IMG/VR virus record: IMGVR_UViG_3300044675_005482
Location: 49,998-113,997 of that record
Source of the DNA: a virus
Strand: one strand, 5' to 3'
Length of the DNA: 64,000 bases
Shown here one piece after another: positions 48,532 to 57,980 of the stretch (position 1 is its first letter; each line of letters starts with the position of its first letter). The notes beneath the pieces were generated by a model that searched no databases, was not told the origin of the DNA, and worked only from the letters and a program-made list of their open reading frames with translations. Made by a program: the position numbers and the translations under genes.

Positions 48532-48801
48532 ATGCTTGAATATGTAGTAAATAAGTTATTCACCATAAAGTCTCTAAGAGAGGCAATATTTGCCGAAGTC
48601 CATTTCTATGATCAGATTGATGCGGCTCTAAAAGAGCCAACAACTAATCTTACATGGGAAGAGGGCGGGAAGTGGTATGGATATACCTTCAATGAGATGC
48701 ATAAGATATATCTATTTGATGATACAGGACATGATAGTATGAGTGACCTATGGGATGATCTCTGGAGAAGAGATTCAGACTATAACTTGATGTATCGATG
48801 A
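48532..48801 (+). CDS. Hypothetical protein
   Basis: ORF. Confidence 0.6.
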   Translation: MLEYVVNKLFTIKSLREAIFAEVHFYDQIDAALKEPTTNLTWEEGGKWYGYTFNEMHKIYLFDDTGHDSMSDLWDDLWRRDSDYNLMYR

Positions 48802-48980
48802 ACCTATTCACATATAGCTTTATATGCATGAGAGATAAGTCTGTAATGGATCTTGAATTAAGTAGAGAACTTGACTATATACCGAAATGTCTAAAATGTA
48901 ATGGCAATATGATTATTAGATTCTCCATAAATAATGATGGAGATATATGGATGAATTCAGCCATACTAAATAGCGAGTAA
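48798..48980 (+). CDS. Hypothetical zinc-ribbon protein
   Basis: C..D...CLKC. Confidence 0.5.
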   Translation: MNLFTYSFICMRDKSVMDLELSRELDYIPKCLKCNGNMIIRFSINNDGDIWMNSAILNSE

Positions 48981-49016
48981 TCCTAGTTGACTAAGATAAT
49001 ATGCTATAATAAGAAT

Positions 49017-49247
49017 ATGGATAACAACGACAACATTGAATTAACAGATGAAGAGATCTCAAAGGCCTATACTTCAGATAATGAAGATGAGGACAAATGG
49101 GACAATCTGGAAAAGGCTTGCTGGTCTGGATATAAGCAAGTAGGAATGAAAGAAAAGGGCGGGAAGAAAGTACCGAACTGTGTTCCTATTAAGAAGTCTA
49201 TCTTTGGTACAGAAGGACCTCAATCAATCATACCTAGGAACAAGTAG
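49017..49247 (+). CDS. Hypothetical protein with CWxGY...VPNCVP motif
   Basis: Leaderless start; CWSGYKQVGMKEKGGKKVPNCVP. Confidence 0.7.
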   Translation: MDNNDNIELTDEEISKAYTSDNEDEDKWDNLEKACWSGYKQVGMKEKGGKKVPNCVPIKKSIFGTEGPQSIIPRNK

Positions 49248-49415
49248 CCATGCTAGAACCAATACTTGTATATATAGGGCTTGCTGTAGTAATTGCATAT
49301 CTTGCCATTAAAGAAGATGGCTTTAAATTCTTCACAAATGACAGAGATAAAGACGGCATTGTTCAAGAGGGTACTAAATGGGAGAGATCATTCTTCTATT
49401 GGAGTAAGAAGTAAT

Positions 49416-49586
49416 ATGGCAATATTAGACAATCTAGAGGCATATATGGAAATGGCGGAAAAGACAGAAAAGTGTCACTATTGCCAAGGTCTAGCTAAAT
49501 ATAATGATATAGCTGAAGTAGATAAGGCTAAATACGATATTGTAGGCGTATGTGAATGTCATTCATATAAGGGATTAGTGTCATAA
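49416..49586 (+). CDS. Hypothetical zinc-binding protein
   Basis: CHYC...CECH. Confidence 0.55.
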   Translation: MAILDNLEAYMEMAEKTEKCHYCQGLAKYNDIAEVDKAKYDIVGVCECHSYKGLVS

Positions 49587-49632
49587 TATCGTCAGAAGTG
49601 AAGTCGAAAAGTAGAGACCCATTGGTCACTAC

Positions 49633-50004
49633 GTGGCCACTATGAAGAATCTAAATCAGGTATTTAAGCCTTATAAGGCTCAATTTGATAGATGTCCTAG
49701 ACATATTAAGATCCTAGCCATATTGTGCGTTATGTACCTATCTGTCCCAATTGACCCATTTGATATATTATTCCCATGGATGGCATTTACAGATGATCTA
49801 TTCATAGCAGGTATCCTTTTGAAGATTCTGCACAAACACGGCGGGCTACCAGAAGAAGACAAGACTTCCCCTATAGACCTATTAAGAGATATATTCAAGA
49901 GAGTAGATAATAAACAAGATAGTACATCCCTTGCAGTACATTTGTTTAAAGATAATGTATGTAGCCATTGTGGATTAATTGATCACAACAAGACCAAGAA
50001 TTAG
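49633..50004 (+). CDS. DUF1232/YkvA-like membrane protein
   Basis: YLSVPIDPFDILFPWMAFTDDL. Confidence 0.7.
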   Translation: MATMKNLNQVFKPYKAQFDRCPRHIKILAILCVMYLSVPIDPFDILFPWMAFTDDLFIAGILLKILHKHGGLPEEDKTSPIDLLRDIFKRVDNKQDSTSLAVHLFKDNVCSHCGLIDHNKTKN

Positions 50005-50485
50005 CTTTAAAATTAAAGCAATATGGTCTTAACTCCTCATACTACCCGCCCTTTTACATAGCTTATATAGCCCTTAGAAGGCTTATTTGAGCCATATTTG
50101 TATCATCCTACCAACTTAAATTACTATTAATTCCCTTGTGAATACTACCGATATATATGTATTTAGATATACATGTAATTGAGCGATTCCCCATCTTAAA
50201 CCATAATGCTCCATTTTGCTCCACATGTAGCCCATGTGCCAGCATATTCCAGGGATTTTGTCAATAGCCTCGTAAATGGCATATTTGGCCCACTTTGTCA
50301 ATAGTTTTTATGATCTAATTTGGCCATAATTTATGCCAGATTTGTCATACATTTTGTACATATTTGTCGACATTTATAATGTATAATTAATTATTTAGAC
50401 ATATTATGTACACATTTTCTAGGATTTCAGGGAGATTTTATAAGCTCTCGTAAACGGGAAATTTGGCCCTCAATTTTGCACACAA

Positions 50486-50518
50486 AAAATCCACAGGCTG
50501 TGGATAACCTGTGGATAA
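50486..50518. promoter_or_regulatory. DnaA-box cluster 1
   Basis: TGTGGATAA at 50499 and 50510; degenerate AAATCCACA at 50486. Confidence 0.65.
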
Positions 50519-50573
50519 TTTGGGCTAGATATGTTTATCTATCTTGCCAGACATTCTTCTCTCATATATGTCT

Positions 50574-50939
50574 TTATTGGAATGGATCTTTATCCTCTAT
50601 ATAACCAAAGCCTTGTCGCTTTGGTTCTGTTTTCTTTACCACCGCTTTTGGTTCCTGCGGAAGTTTTAGATTTTTCCAGTCATACTTCTTAGTTAGTTTA
50701 TCTACTACAATGTCTAACTGTTTTGCTAGAAATAGACCTTCGCTTGTTGTTCCGTTGTTCCAGTCCGCCTCGTGCTTTCGTGCTTCCTTCTCAATAATCC
50801 ACACAACCAACTCCATAACTCTGTCAATGGTGTAATGAGGTTGGTCTGCTAAGTATCGGGCTACTGAAGCAGGATTGAAGTAATGGTCTTCGATTGCATT
50901 TGCTATCGCAACTGCAACTTTGCTTTCTTTGGTATTCAT
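50574..50939 (-). CDS. Hypothetical early protein
   Basis: ORF with promoter and RBS. Confidence 0.7.
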   Translation of the reverse strand: MNTKESKVAVAIANAIEDHYFNPASVARYLADQPHYTIDRVMELVVWIIEKEARKHEADWNNGTTSEGLFLAKQLDIVVDKLTKKYDWKNLKLPQEPKAVVKKTEPKRQGFGYIEDKDPFQ

Positions 50940-51010
50940 AGTCCGCCTTTCTTGATTAGGATTATAACATAAGGGACTGACATTGTGCCAGTCCCCTAAT
51001 GTATATTAGA

Positions 51011-51160
51011 TTACTTAGCCTTGTTGACTGGAGTCTCTGCGGTAAACTTCATGCCCTTTGATTCCGCCTCCTGGATAGCAACCTTAGCTGCTCCTGAGAA
51101 ACGACCACGAGCTCCGACTGTGATTCCTTGTGACTTTAGATATTCACGCTTTGTTGTCAT
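51011..51160 (-). CDS. Lsr2-like DNA-binding mini-protein (49 aa, not in ORF track)
   Basis: KREYLKSQGITVGARGRFS with RGR hook; GAAAGGGGA RBS. Confidence 0.65.
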   Translation of the reverse strand: MTTKREYLKSQGITVGARGRFSGAAKVAIQEAESKGMKFTAETPVNKAK

Positions 51161-51702
51161 TTGTATCCCCTTTCAAGAGATGTTTTATTTATTATATCAA
51201 CTATTTACGGATTTGTAAATAGCTTTCCGCCTATATTTAATTGTGATCGTAAGAGCCAAATTTGGCCCCTACAAATTTACCTGTTCTACTCGATCTTTAA
51301 TTAATTTACTAATGATGTTGTGGGCCTCGATATTCTCAGTCTCAGATCCACCCCACAAAAGCTGCTGTGCTTTATTTAATTGATCATTGATGTACACATC
51401 ACTCATCTTCATCTTCGTCCTCCTCCTCTTCAAACATCAAGTCTGTCATGATGTCGTTGTTTAACAGCCAGTCACGTATATCTTCGTAGTGTTGCTCTGC
51501 CCCGTACTCCAGAGAGAACCCGTAGCCGTTCTGTACAGCCTCTCCGAGTTTGTCCCACACCTCTTGCTCTGATACCTCAAAGCGAAACTCCTTGTCGTCC
51601 ATTAGGTTTTTAATTGTGGACCATGTCCACAGCCATACCATGGAAAGACCAAGGTCGGTGGTGTCAAGAATCTTTAAACATTCATTTAGTTTATCTTTGT
51701 CA

Positions 51703-51975
51703 TCAGGCTTCATCTCGTTCTCCAATCGCAAATGCCAACTGATATGTAAGTTGATATAGTTCTACTAATGTATCAAGGGCACCCTCACATCTTGTGCGCT
51801 CCATTGAGTCCATTGCTTCTTCTGATTCATCCTCCTGCTCCTGTGCACGGGCTAGGTCCCGTTCAGCAATGAGCATTAGATTCTTTAGTTCTCCATGGAT
51901 GATGTCAAGGCCTGACACTCCAGCATTAACCATGCGTTGCATGTGGGGCGGGAGCCCAATATCTTCTGAGTTCAT
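51703..51975 (-). CDS. Hypothetical early protein
   Basis: ORF with AACGAAAGG RBS. Confidence 0.7.
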   Translation of the reverse strand: MNSEDIGLPPHMQRMVNAGVSGLDIIHGELKNLMLIAERDLARAQEQEDESEEAMDSMERTRCEGALDTLVELYQLTYQLAFAIGERDEA

Positions 51976-52574
51976 TATTCATACCTTTCGTTAGAAGAGT
52001 TCATTATATCAGTAGCCACTGACAATAAATGCCTGGTTGTCTCAATCTCTGCTTGTTTAACTTTATAGAAATGATGACCATTTACATAGTCAATCTTTTC
52101 TAGGTCTTGTTCAAGACTAATTAAATGAAGTTTCATATATTCCATAAACTTAGAAGACTTAGACATCTACTACCTCATATCTCTGAGTCAATCTGTCGAA
52201 ATACCTGGCAGCTTGGCAGGTACAACTGCATACACCAGGTATGTCTGTCGCTTGCCAGTAATGTTTATGCATGATCGAAATACCCCTCTGCCCACAGCCC
52301 TTGAAGGAAATCGTGGGCGGATACAAGATAGTTATGAATAGCAGGATTCTCATCAGCATCTATTAACAAGTCTGCTTGATAAACCCCATATGTCATATCT
52401 GCTAAATCTCTCTGTGTATAACCTAACATTATGCAACCTCGTATTCATGTAAGTAGTTTAATACATTGTGAATTATGCAATCACAATCTCCGCCCATATT
52501 ATCCATAAAATCTAAGTGGGAATAATTATCCTCATAGATAGTATTGATTACTTTATCAAACATTTCTATTGTTG

Positions 52575-53348
52575 TCATACATCCGCCTTTTCTCTAGATT
52601 CCAATAATACCATGTGGGTCTGACATTTTGCCATAGCCTCTTCATCTTGCCAAGAGCCTTGGTTACATTCTGAGCAGAATTCACCACAGTCATCTTCACA
52701 GTAATCTAATGTATCAAAAGATTGGCAAGCATAACAGCGATTCTCATATGAAAGAATTTCCTTTACCTCACCACGGACAATCTCATACTCTCCGCCCCAG
52801 CCTGTTTCTTCCTCATACTCTAATGTAAGCAGGCAGTTCGGAACAAGATTACTTAGTTTAGTTAAGATAGTTACAGCAGGTGACCATGCAGTCTCATAAC
52901 GATAGATAACCCAGTTGTCATCACCTTCTGATTTATATTCAACTAATTCTGTATTTGAATACTCCTCATCATCACGAACGGCTACATCCCACTTAGTTCC
53001 CCAGTTGGTGTTATTCCAAGAATACCAATCCTTTTGAGTCTTAGCATGTTCAATAGATTTAGCAAACCAATTAGGGTCGTCCATTGAATAATCACCACGA
53101 GAAGGCTGGCATGCATATTCCTCATCAGTAATGCCGTCATCCTTATATGAATGAATGTTGTGAAAAGCGAATACAGGATTATTATATTCAACTAATTTAA
53201 TTTTGGTGGGGAATCCAGAAGAACTAATATCACCCATACCATAAGTCTCTTGTGCTAATGTAAATGGCTTATTCAATCTATCTTTAATCATATCTACCTC
53301 AGACTTAGGTCCTTGGATAGTTAATGTGTTATAACACCAATTTGGCAT
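52575..53348 (-). CDS. YubB/DUF1281 ferredoxin-like domain protein
   Basis: MPNWCYN, WYSWNNTNWGTKWD, ETAWSP. Confidence 0.8.
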   Translation of the reverse strand: MPNWCYNTLTIQGPKSEVDMIKDRLNKPFTLAQETYGMGDISSSGFPTKIKLVEYNNPVFAFHNIHSYKDDGITDEEYACQPSRGDYSMDDPNWFAKSIEHAKTQKDWYSWNNTNWGTKWDVAVRDDEEYSNTELVEYKSEGDDNWVIYRYETAWSPAVTILTKLSNLVPNCLLTLEYEEETGWGGEYEIVRGEVKEILSYENRCYACQSFDTLDYCEDDCGEFCSECNQGSWQDEEAMAKCQTHMVLLESREKADV

Positions 53349-53526
53349 TTTATATCCTTTCGTTGATATGGCTTAATTATACAATGGACCACTGACAATT
53401 GGAATACTTTATAAGTGTGTTTCACACCACATTTTTCAAGCTATGTGGTCAAGATCACCAAATTTCCAGGAAATATATATTGACTTCGTAAACAAACTAT
53501 TATACCCTCAGCTTTTGGGGGCCAAA

Positions 53527-53670
53527 CAAAAATCCCCGCTTGCACGGGGATTAATGAAATGTACGGCTGCTAGGATCTACCAACGAAAGTAAAAAGTCCT
53601 GCTTTACTTAGCGACTTGACGAATGCCTTATCTAGCCGCACCGAACATGTATAAGAAGGCACCAGGCCTA
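53527..53670 (-). ncRNA. Candidate structured small RNA with its own promoter and terminator
   Basis: TGGTATAAT ending at 53676; stems GTGCCTT/AAGGCAT and GTGCGGCT/AGCCGTAC; terminator AATCCCCG..CGGGGATTTTT. Confidence 0.45.
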
Positions 53671-53676
53671 CTTAAA

Positions 53677-54042
53677 TTATACCATAACTAGTCGACTGTA
53701 TTTATTTACAAATTCATCGATAGTTAAACTGAAGACAACTGTCTCAAGGTCCTCTTCCATCAATGTAAATGTTTTGGCAGCCCAGTCAATTACTGGTACC
53801 TTGTGCTCATTGTCCGCCAATTGATTTACGCTAATGCCCCAGCCTGTTTCTGATTCCCATTCTTCGCCAACCATGCGACTAATAGCAATACGTGTAGCAT
53901 ATGACTCATCATTCCAACGAGGACGTGCTGCCTCTACAGCATTGGCCAAGTTCTCTAACATGTTATAGCCTGCCCAGTGCCCGTACAGGAATACTGTATC
54001 TCCCTTACGGTCCTTAAATCCAAAGTTTGCTCTGTCTCCCAT
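53677..54042 (-). CDS. Conserved phage hypothetical protein
   Basis: MGDRA...LYGHWAG. Confidence 0.75.
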   Translation of the reverse strand: MGDRANFGFKDRKGDTVFLYGHWAGYNMLENLANAVEAARPRWNDESYATRIAISRMVGEEWESETGWGISVNQLADNEHKVPVIDWAAKTFTLMEEDLETVVFSLTIDEFVNKYSRLVMV

Positions 54043-54399
54043 TTTATTCCGCCGTTTCTAATGTAGGTACTTCTTCTTCGATTTTGTCTAATTCTATCAT
54101 CTCGTATGAGACCTTGGCAAGTCCATCCTCGAACTTGTTTTTGTGGTGACCGCAGAAGAACAGCTCGCCTTCTACTAGCTTAATTAACCATTTAGCTTGA
54201 GCTGTACTACATGCATCACATGCAATCCATCTAGTTAGATCTTCAGAGGTCATAGTCAACGGTTCCAAATTCTATGGTGTCAGCAATGTCATCATAAACC
54301 TGTCCGTCATCAGATGACTCCGCCCATAGTCTAATGTTGGCAATGATAACTTCACGGGCAAATTTTACCCCGTCTTCAAAACCGTCTTGGTAATCCATT

Positions 54400-54618
54400 T
54401 TATCTCCCTGTATATCCTGTTGGCTCGTAGTCTGATGTATAACTCTCTACTAGGTTATACTTATCACGAATGCGTGATACTTTCTCAATGCTACCAGTTC
54501 CCACATTGAATGTCAATGGTCCAATCGCTTGTGGGTCCAGGCCAATCATCTCCGCATCCCAGGTAGCCCTCGCAAAGGCTACCTGGTTTGGAGCGGTTAA
54601 TTCAAAATACATTAGCAC
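54400..54618 (-). CDS. Hypothetical early protein
   Basis: Coupled ORF. Confidence 0.6.
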   Translation of the reverse strand: MLMYFELTAPNQVAFARATWDAEMIGLDPQAIGPLTFNVGTGSIEKVSRIRDKYNLVESYTSDYEPTGYTGR

Positions 54619-55262
54619 TCCCTAACGTGACATACTTCTTGTTCTGTCACTTCGATATTGCCATTGTGTGAATCGGCATAGATAGCATCTGCAATCTCAT
54701 CTTCGATGTCATAGTCCTCAAGCAAATCAAGTTCCATGGTTCCGCTAACCTCGATAGTTGCAGTCCATTCAACGCTACGTGTTAGAGAGATATCTAAAGC
54801 CTCAGCAATTGCACGTAATGTGTCTTGGTCTTGTGAATCAGCATATGCCTCAGCAATAATATCTTTAACTGTTTTAACTTTGTCTTCAAAGATGCCAACA
54901 CGCTTTTGTGCTTGACGTGCATTGTGTAGGTCCCACTCAATTGATGTGACCTTGTCAGTTGCATACTCTGCATCTGAGTATCCACGAATAACTTTATAGG
55001 TTACTAATAGATTTGGGTTATATGTATCAGGAACAGTTACTGCAGTTGTTGTTTCTTCCATGGTTTCCTCTTTCGTTTGTGTAGGTTGTATTGTAGCATG
55101 CTCCACTGACACCAATGTAGTATCTCGACCACACGGGCATGTGAGCTTAGTCACACCAGATGGGAATCCAAATCCATCCGATGATGTTAGTTCAATTAGA
55201 GAATCACATTCATCTGGGTCACATACAAATGTGTACTTACTTGATATGAGTTCGTTGGTCAT
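54612..55262 (-). CDS. Early protein, likely two in-frame isoforms (starts 55262 and 55061)
   Basis: Near-leaderless start after promoter 55270; internal promoter 55090 plus RBS. Confidence 0.65.
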   Translation of the reverse strand: MTNELISSKYTFVCDPDECDSLIELTSSDGFGFPSGVTKLTCPCGRDTTLVSVEHATIQPTQTKEETMEETTTAVTVPDTYNPNLLVTYKVIRGYSDAEYATDKVTSIEWDLHNARQAQKRVGIFEDKVKTVKDIIAEAYADSQDQDTLRAIAEALDISLTRSVEWTATIEVSGTMELDLLEDYDIEDEIADAIYADSHNGNIEVTEQEVCHVREC

Positions 55263-55364
55263 GACGAGAATTATACACCTGGCCACTGACATTTACAAGC
55301 TTTTTCAGGGATTTTATTTGTGATTCGTAACACACAAAATGTGCCTTCACATCTGGGGGCTTTG

Positions 55365-55438
55365 CGATCCATAACGGACTTGAACCGTCGACCTCTACCG
55401 TGACAGGGTAGCGCTCTAACCAACTGAGCTAATGGACC
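55365..55438 (-). tRNA. tRNA-Asp(GTC)
   Basis: GGTCCAT/ATGGATC acceptor, CTACC-CTGTCAC-GGTAG, TTCAAGT T-loop. Confidence 0.93.
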
Positions 55439-55445
55439 TAATGGT

Positions 55446-55473
55446 GAGCAGTTTTAAATCTTGCTCAGGATTT
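55446..55473 (-). ncRNA. Small pseudoknot motif, copy 2
   Basis: AAATC-CTGAGCAA-GATTT-AAAACTGCTC. Confidence 0.6.
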
Positions 55474-55480
55474 TTTTTAT

Positions 55481-56485
55481 TTAGAAATTCATAACCAATT
55501 TCTTGATTTTGTTTTTCTCAGCAGTTAGAACGGGGTCAAATCCAGATGCACCCGCCATAAGAGTTTCACCATTGCCACGACCAGAACGATAGTAATCAAG
55601 GCGCTCAGTAAGTGCATTAAACGCACCCCATTTTGTTCCCTTGATATTAGCGTTAGTTGGTGAGTTATGATACAAATCATCAAGCAGGACAACTTTGTTT
55701 TCCCACTTCTTCAATGCACCCTTAGTGTCTTTATCAGGCTTTGGATAAATTGTCTGAATCAACTTTGAGAATTCAGCATCGGTGATTGCTTGAGTGTAAA
55801 GCGCCTTTGCTTCAACTTCAAACTCATCAAAATAACCAAGAGCAAGACCAAGAGTCTCACGAGCAACTTGAATGCGACCTTCAACAGATTGCGTGTGGCG
55901 AATCTTGAAAGATTGCTTTGCATTACGCATTGCAAGATTCAAAGTATTTTGGCAAACAACACGAACAGGAGTAACCGCTGCTTGAACAGCAACAGAACCA
56001 TCGTGTGATGTCCATACGATTAGATATAACTTTGTCTCATCATTGGCGCCTTGTGGGTCAAGAACCATTGTGCGAGGAATATCTACAGTGCCGAATACAA
56101 CTTTGCCCTTCTTAAGAGAACCAGCAGATTCCCAACGGCAATCAGCATTCGCATCGTGAATTGCATCTGCAAACTGAAATAATTCTTCATTCTGCACAGG
56201 CTTGTAACGCTTTCCAACAGTTGCAAGAACATCAGTTCCGCCATTGAATGGATTTGTGCGAACAACTAGAGATGAATCTGAAACATCATTCCAAGATTCG
56301 TCAATGTGATTTGTGATAGGTGATAAGCGAACATTCCAATTTGCTAACTTTGCTTCTTCAAGCATTGTTGCAGTTGTAACTTCCTCATCTTTTGTGAAGA
56401 TGCGATTTGCTAGATTATGCCAAGCAGGAGCACCACGGAGAGCGAAAGCAACTTCGCCATTTTCGACTTCGAGATTGTGAGCCAT
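55481..56485 (-). CDS. DUF932 family (phage/plasmid-like) protein
   Basis: MAHNLE, PAWHNL, YKPVQN, ESAGSL, SHDGS, TPVRVVCQNTL, WGAFNALTE. Confidence 0.88.
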   Translation of the reverse strand: MAHNLEVENGEVAFALRGAPAWHNLANRIFTKDEEVTTATMLEEAKLANWNVRLSPITNHIDESWNDVSDSSLVVRTNPFNGGTDVLATVGKRYKPVQNEELFQFADAIHDANADCRWESAGSLKKGKVVFGTVDIPRTMVLDPQGANDETKLYLIVWTSHDGSVAVQAAVTPVRVVCQNTLNLAMRNAKQSFKIRHTQSVEGRIQVARETLGLALGYFDEFEVEAKALYTQAITDAEFSKLIQTIYPKPDKDTKGALKKWENKVVLLDDLYHNSPTNANIKGTKWGAFNALTERLDYYRSGRGNGETLMAGASGFDPVLTAEKNKIKKLVMNF

Positions 56486-56574
56486 TTTTTACCTTTCGTT
56501 TAGTTGATTTGGCAATTATAACAGGTGGCACTGACATTGTCTAGATTAGTTAGTCATTTGTCCGAATTGATCCG

Positions 56575-56590
56575 TGTGAGTAATCTCACA
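56575..56590. promoter_or_regulatory. CRP/GlxR-type palindrome (one of a family)
   Basis: TGTGA-GTAATC-TCACA; further perfect copies at 58047, 58640, 60050, 61099. Confidence 0.7.
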
Positions 56591-56603
56591 AATTTTCAGG
56601 GGC

Positions 56604-56633
56604 TGTGGATAACCGTCTTAAACCTGTGGATAA
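56604..56633. promoter_or_regulatory. DnaA-box cluster 2
   Basis: TGTGGATAA at 56604 and 56625. Confidence 0.65.
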
Positions 56634-56701
56634 GTCCGCACATATGCGGGCGTCTCAGATAGTGGGAAGATGAGGCGGGATTTTAGATCCCGCCCCAAGC
56701 T

Positions 56702-56962
56702 TTAAAGTATTCCGATTTCCTGAGCAGTTAGTGGCTTATGTGTGTTCATTTTATTTACAATACTTTCATCAAGAAACATTGCAGTTGTTTTCTTTTTCTT
56801 TACGCTATCAAACACATAAGCATTTACTCTGCCGCTAAACTTACGCAGGTTGCTAAATACTAATTCCGTTAGGTATTCTTTATCTACACCTTGCTCAGAA
56901 TAAATTGTTACATCGTTCATCTTGTTTGCGTCATAGATTTCAATTCTAAAACGATTTTTCAT
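56702..56962 (-). CDS. Hypothetical early protein
   Basis: ORF with RBS and upstream TATAAT. Confidence 0.7.
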   Translation of the reverse strand: MKNRFRIEIYDANKMNDVTIYSEQGVDKEYLTELVFSNLRKFSGRVNAYVFDSVKKKKTTAMFLDESIVNKMNTHKPLTAQEIGIL

Positions 56963-57031
56963 TTTGTTCCTTTGTTAGTAGGGATAAGAATTATAACATT
57001 GGGGGCTAGAGTTTGTCTAGCCCCCTAAAAG

Positions 57032-57214
57032 TTATGCGCCGATTTTTACCATAGCCCAGCGCAGACCATTTTCTGTATTCAATCCTAGTTTAGTTAGATT
57101 AGGACGGATAGAAACGATTTCTGCGATAGTGCCAGTAATTCCTGATTTACCAGTTGTAAAGACATCGCCCTTACGATAGAAGCGACCCTTAGTAGTATCT
57201 AGAATTGGTGACAT
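57032..57214 (-). CDS. Small beta-barrel-like protein, paralog of 57807-57980
   Basis: YRKGDVFTTGKSGITGTIAEI...TENGLRW. Confidence 0.7.
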   Translation of the reverse strand: MSPILDTTKGRFYRKGDVFTTGKSGITGTIAEIVSIRPNLTKLGLNTENGLRWAMVKIGA

Positions 57215-57241
57215 TGTATTACCTTTCGTTAGTGGGTTGGT

Positions 57242-57269
57242 GAGCAGTTTTACAACTTGCTCAGGTTGT
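57242..57269 (-). ncRNA. Small pseudoknot motif, copy 3
   Basis: ACAAC-CTGAGCAA-GTTGT-AAAACTGCTC. Confidence 0.6.
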
Positions 57270-57318
57270 CCCACTCTATTTATTTAGACACGCATTTCTG
57301 TGGGGCGTGTTGTATTAG

Positions 57319-57735
57319 TTAGAGATACTTAGCAATCTGCTTCATTGTAGAAGCATTTACTGTTTCCTCATCTGTCATCTTTAGAATTGTGAGAGCATTT
57401 GTGATGTCCTCTTTCATTTCCTTATAGGTATGAGTGTGAATAACCTCAAAATCCTTTTCAGGTTCAGCAGGGAACTCTGAGCCATTTACTGTGATGTCAA
57501 AATCAACATTAAGTGTCTTGTTCCAAGAACGATAGTTTGTGCGAAGGTTCTCAGCCTTTGAGAAATTGTCAATAGCCCACTTGCCAATTTCCTTGCGCCA
57601 CTTTTCTTGCGCCTTCTGATACTTTGCTTCGTTAGCACCTTGTGTAGCATAGTCTTTTTCCAACTGTGCTAGACGACCTTCTAGTGCCTTGATTACCTTT
57701 GGTGTTGCCACCTTTACTGTTATTGCTCTACTCAT
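57319..57735 (-). CDS. Hypothetical early protein
   Basis: ORF with promoter and AACGAAAGG RBS. Confidence 0.75.
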   Translation of the reverse strand: MSRAITVKVATPKVIKALEGRLAQLEKDYATQGANEAKYQKAQEKWRKEIGKWAIDNFSKAENLRTNYRSWNKTLNVDFDITVNGSEFPAEPEKDFEVIHTHTYKEMKEDITNALTILKMTDEETVNASTMKQIAKYL

Positions 57736-57806
57736 TGTGTTTCCTTTCGTTGGTTGGTTGTTTGAGTATTATAGCAGGGGGGTCTGACAACCCCCCTGCC
57801 ATTTCA

Positions 57807-57980
57807 TTACGCTAGGCTATCGGCAAGAACTGTTGTCCAGCGTTCGCCATTTTGTGTTTCTAAGCGAACACGCACCGAGCCAGATGCGTTAGGAATAATC
57901 TCTTTAATTACTCCAGTTTCTTTTGACTTCAGAGTGGTGAATAAATCTCCAACCTGATAGACTTTGTTATCTAGTGTCAT
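57807..57980 (-). CDS. Small beta-barrel-like protein (57 aa, not in ORF track)
   Basis: YQVGDLFTTLKSKETGVIKEI...TQNGERW. Confidence 0.7.
   Translation of the reverse strand: MTLDNKVYQVGDLFTTLKSKETGVIKEIIPNASGSVRVRLETQNGERWTTVLADSLA

Noticed and set aside
51021-51218. Plus-strand 65-aa ORF in the track
   Set aside because: Shadow of the minus-strand Lsr2-like gene, which has the RBS and promoter
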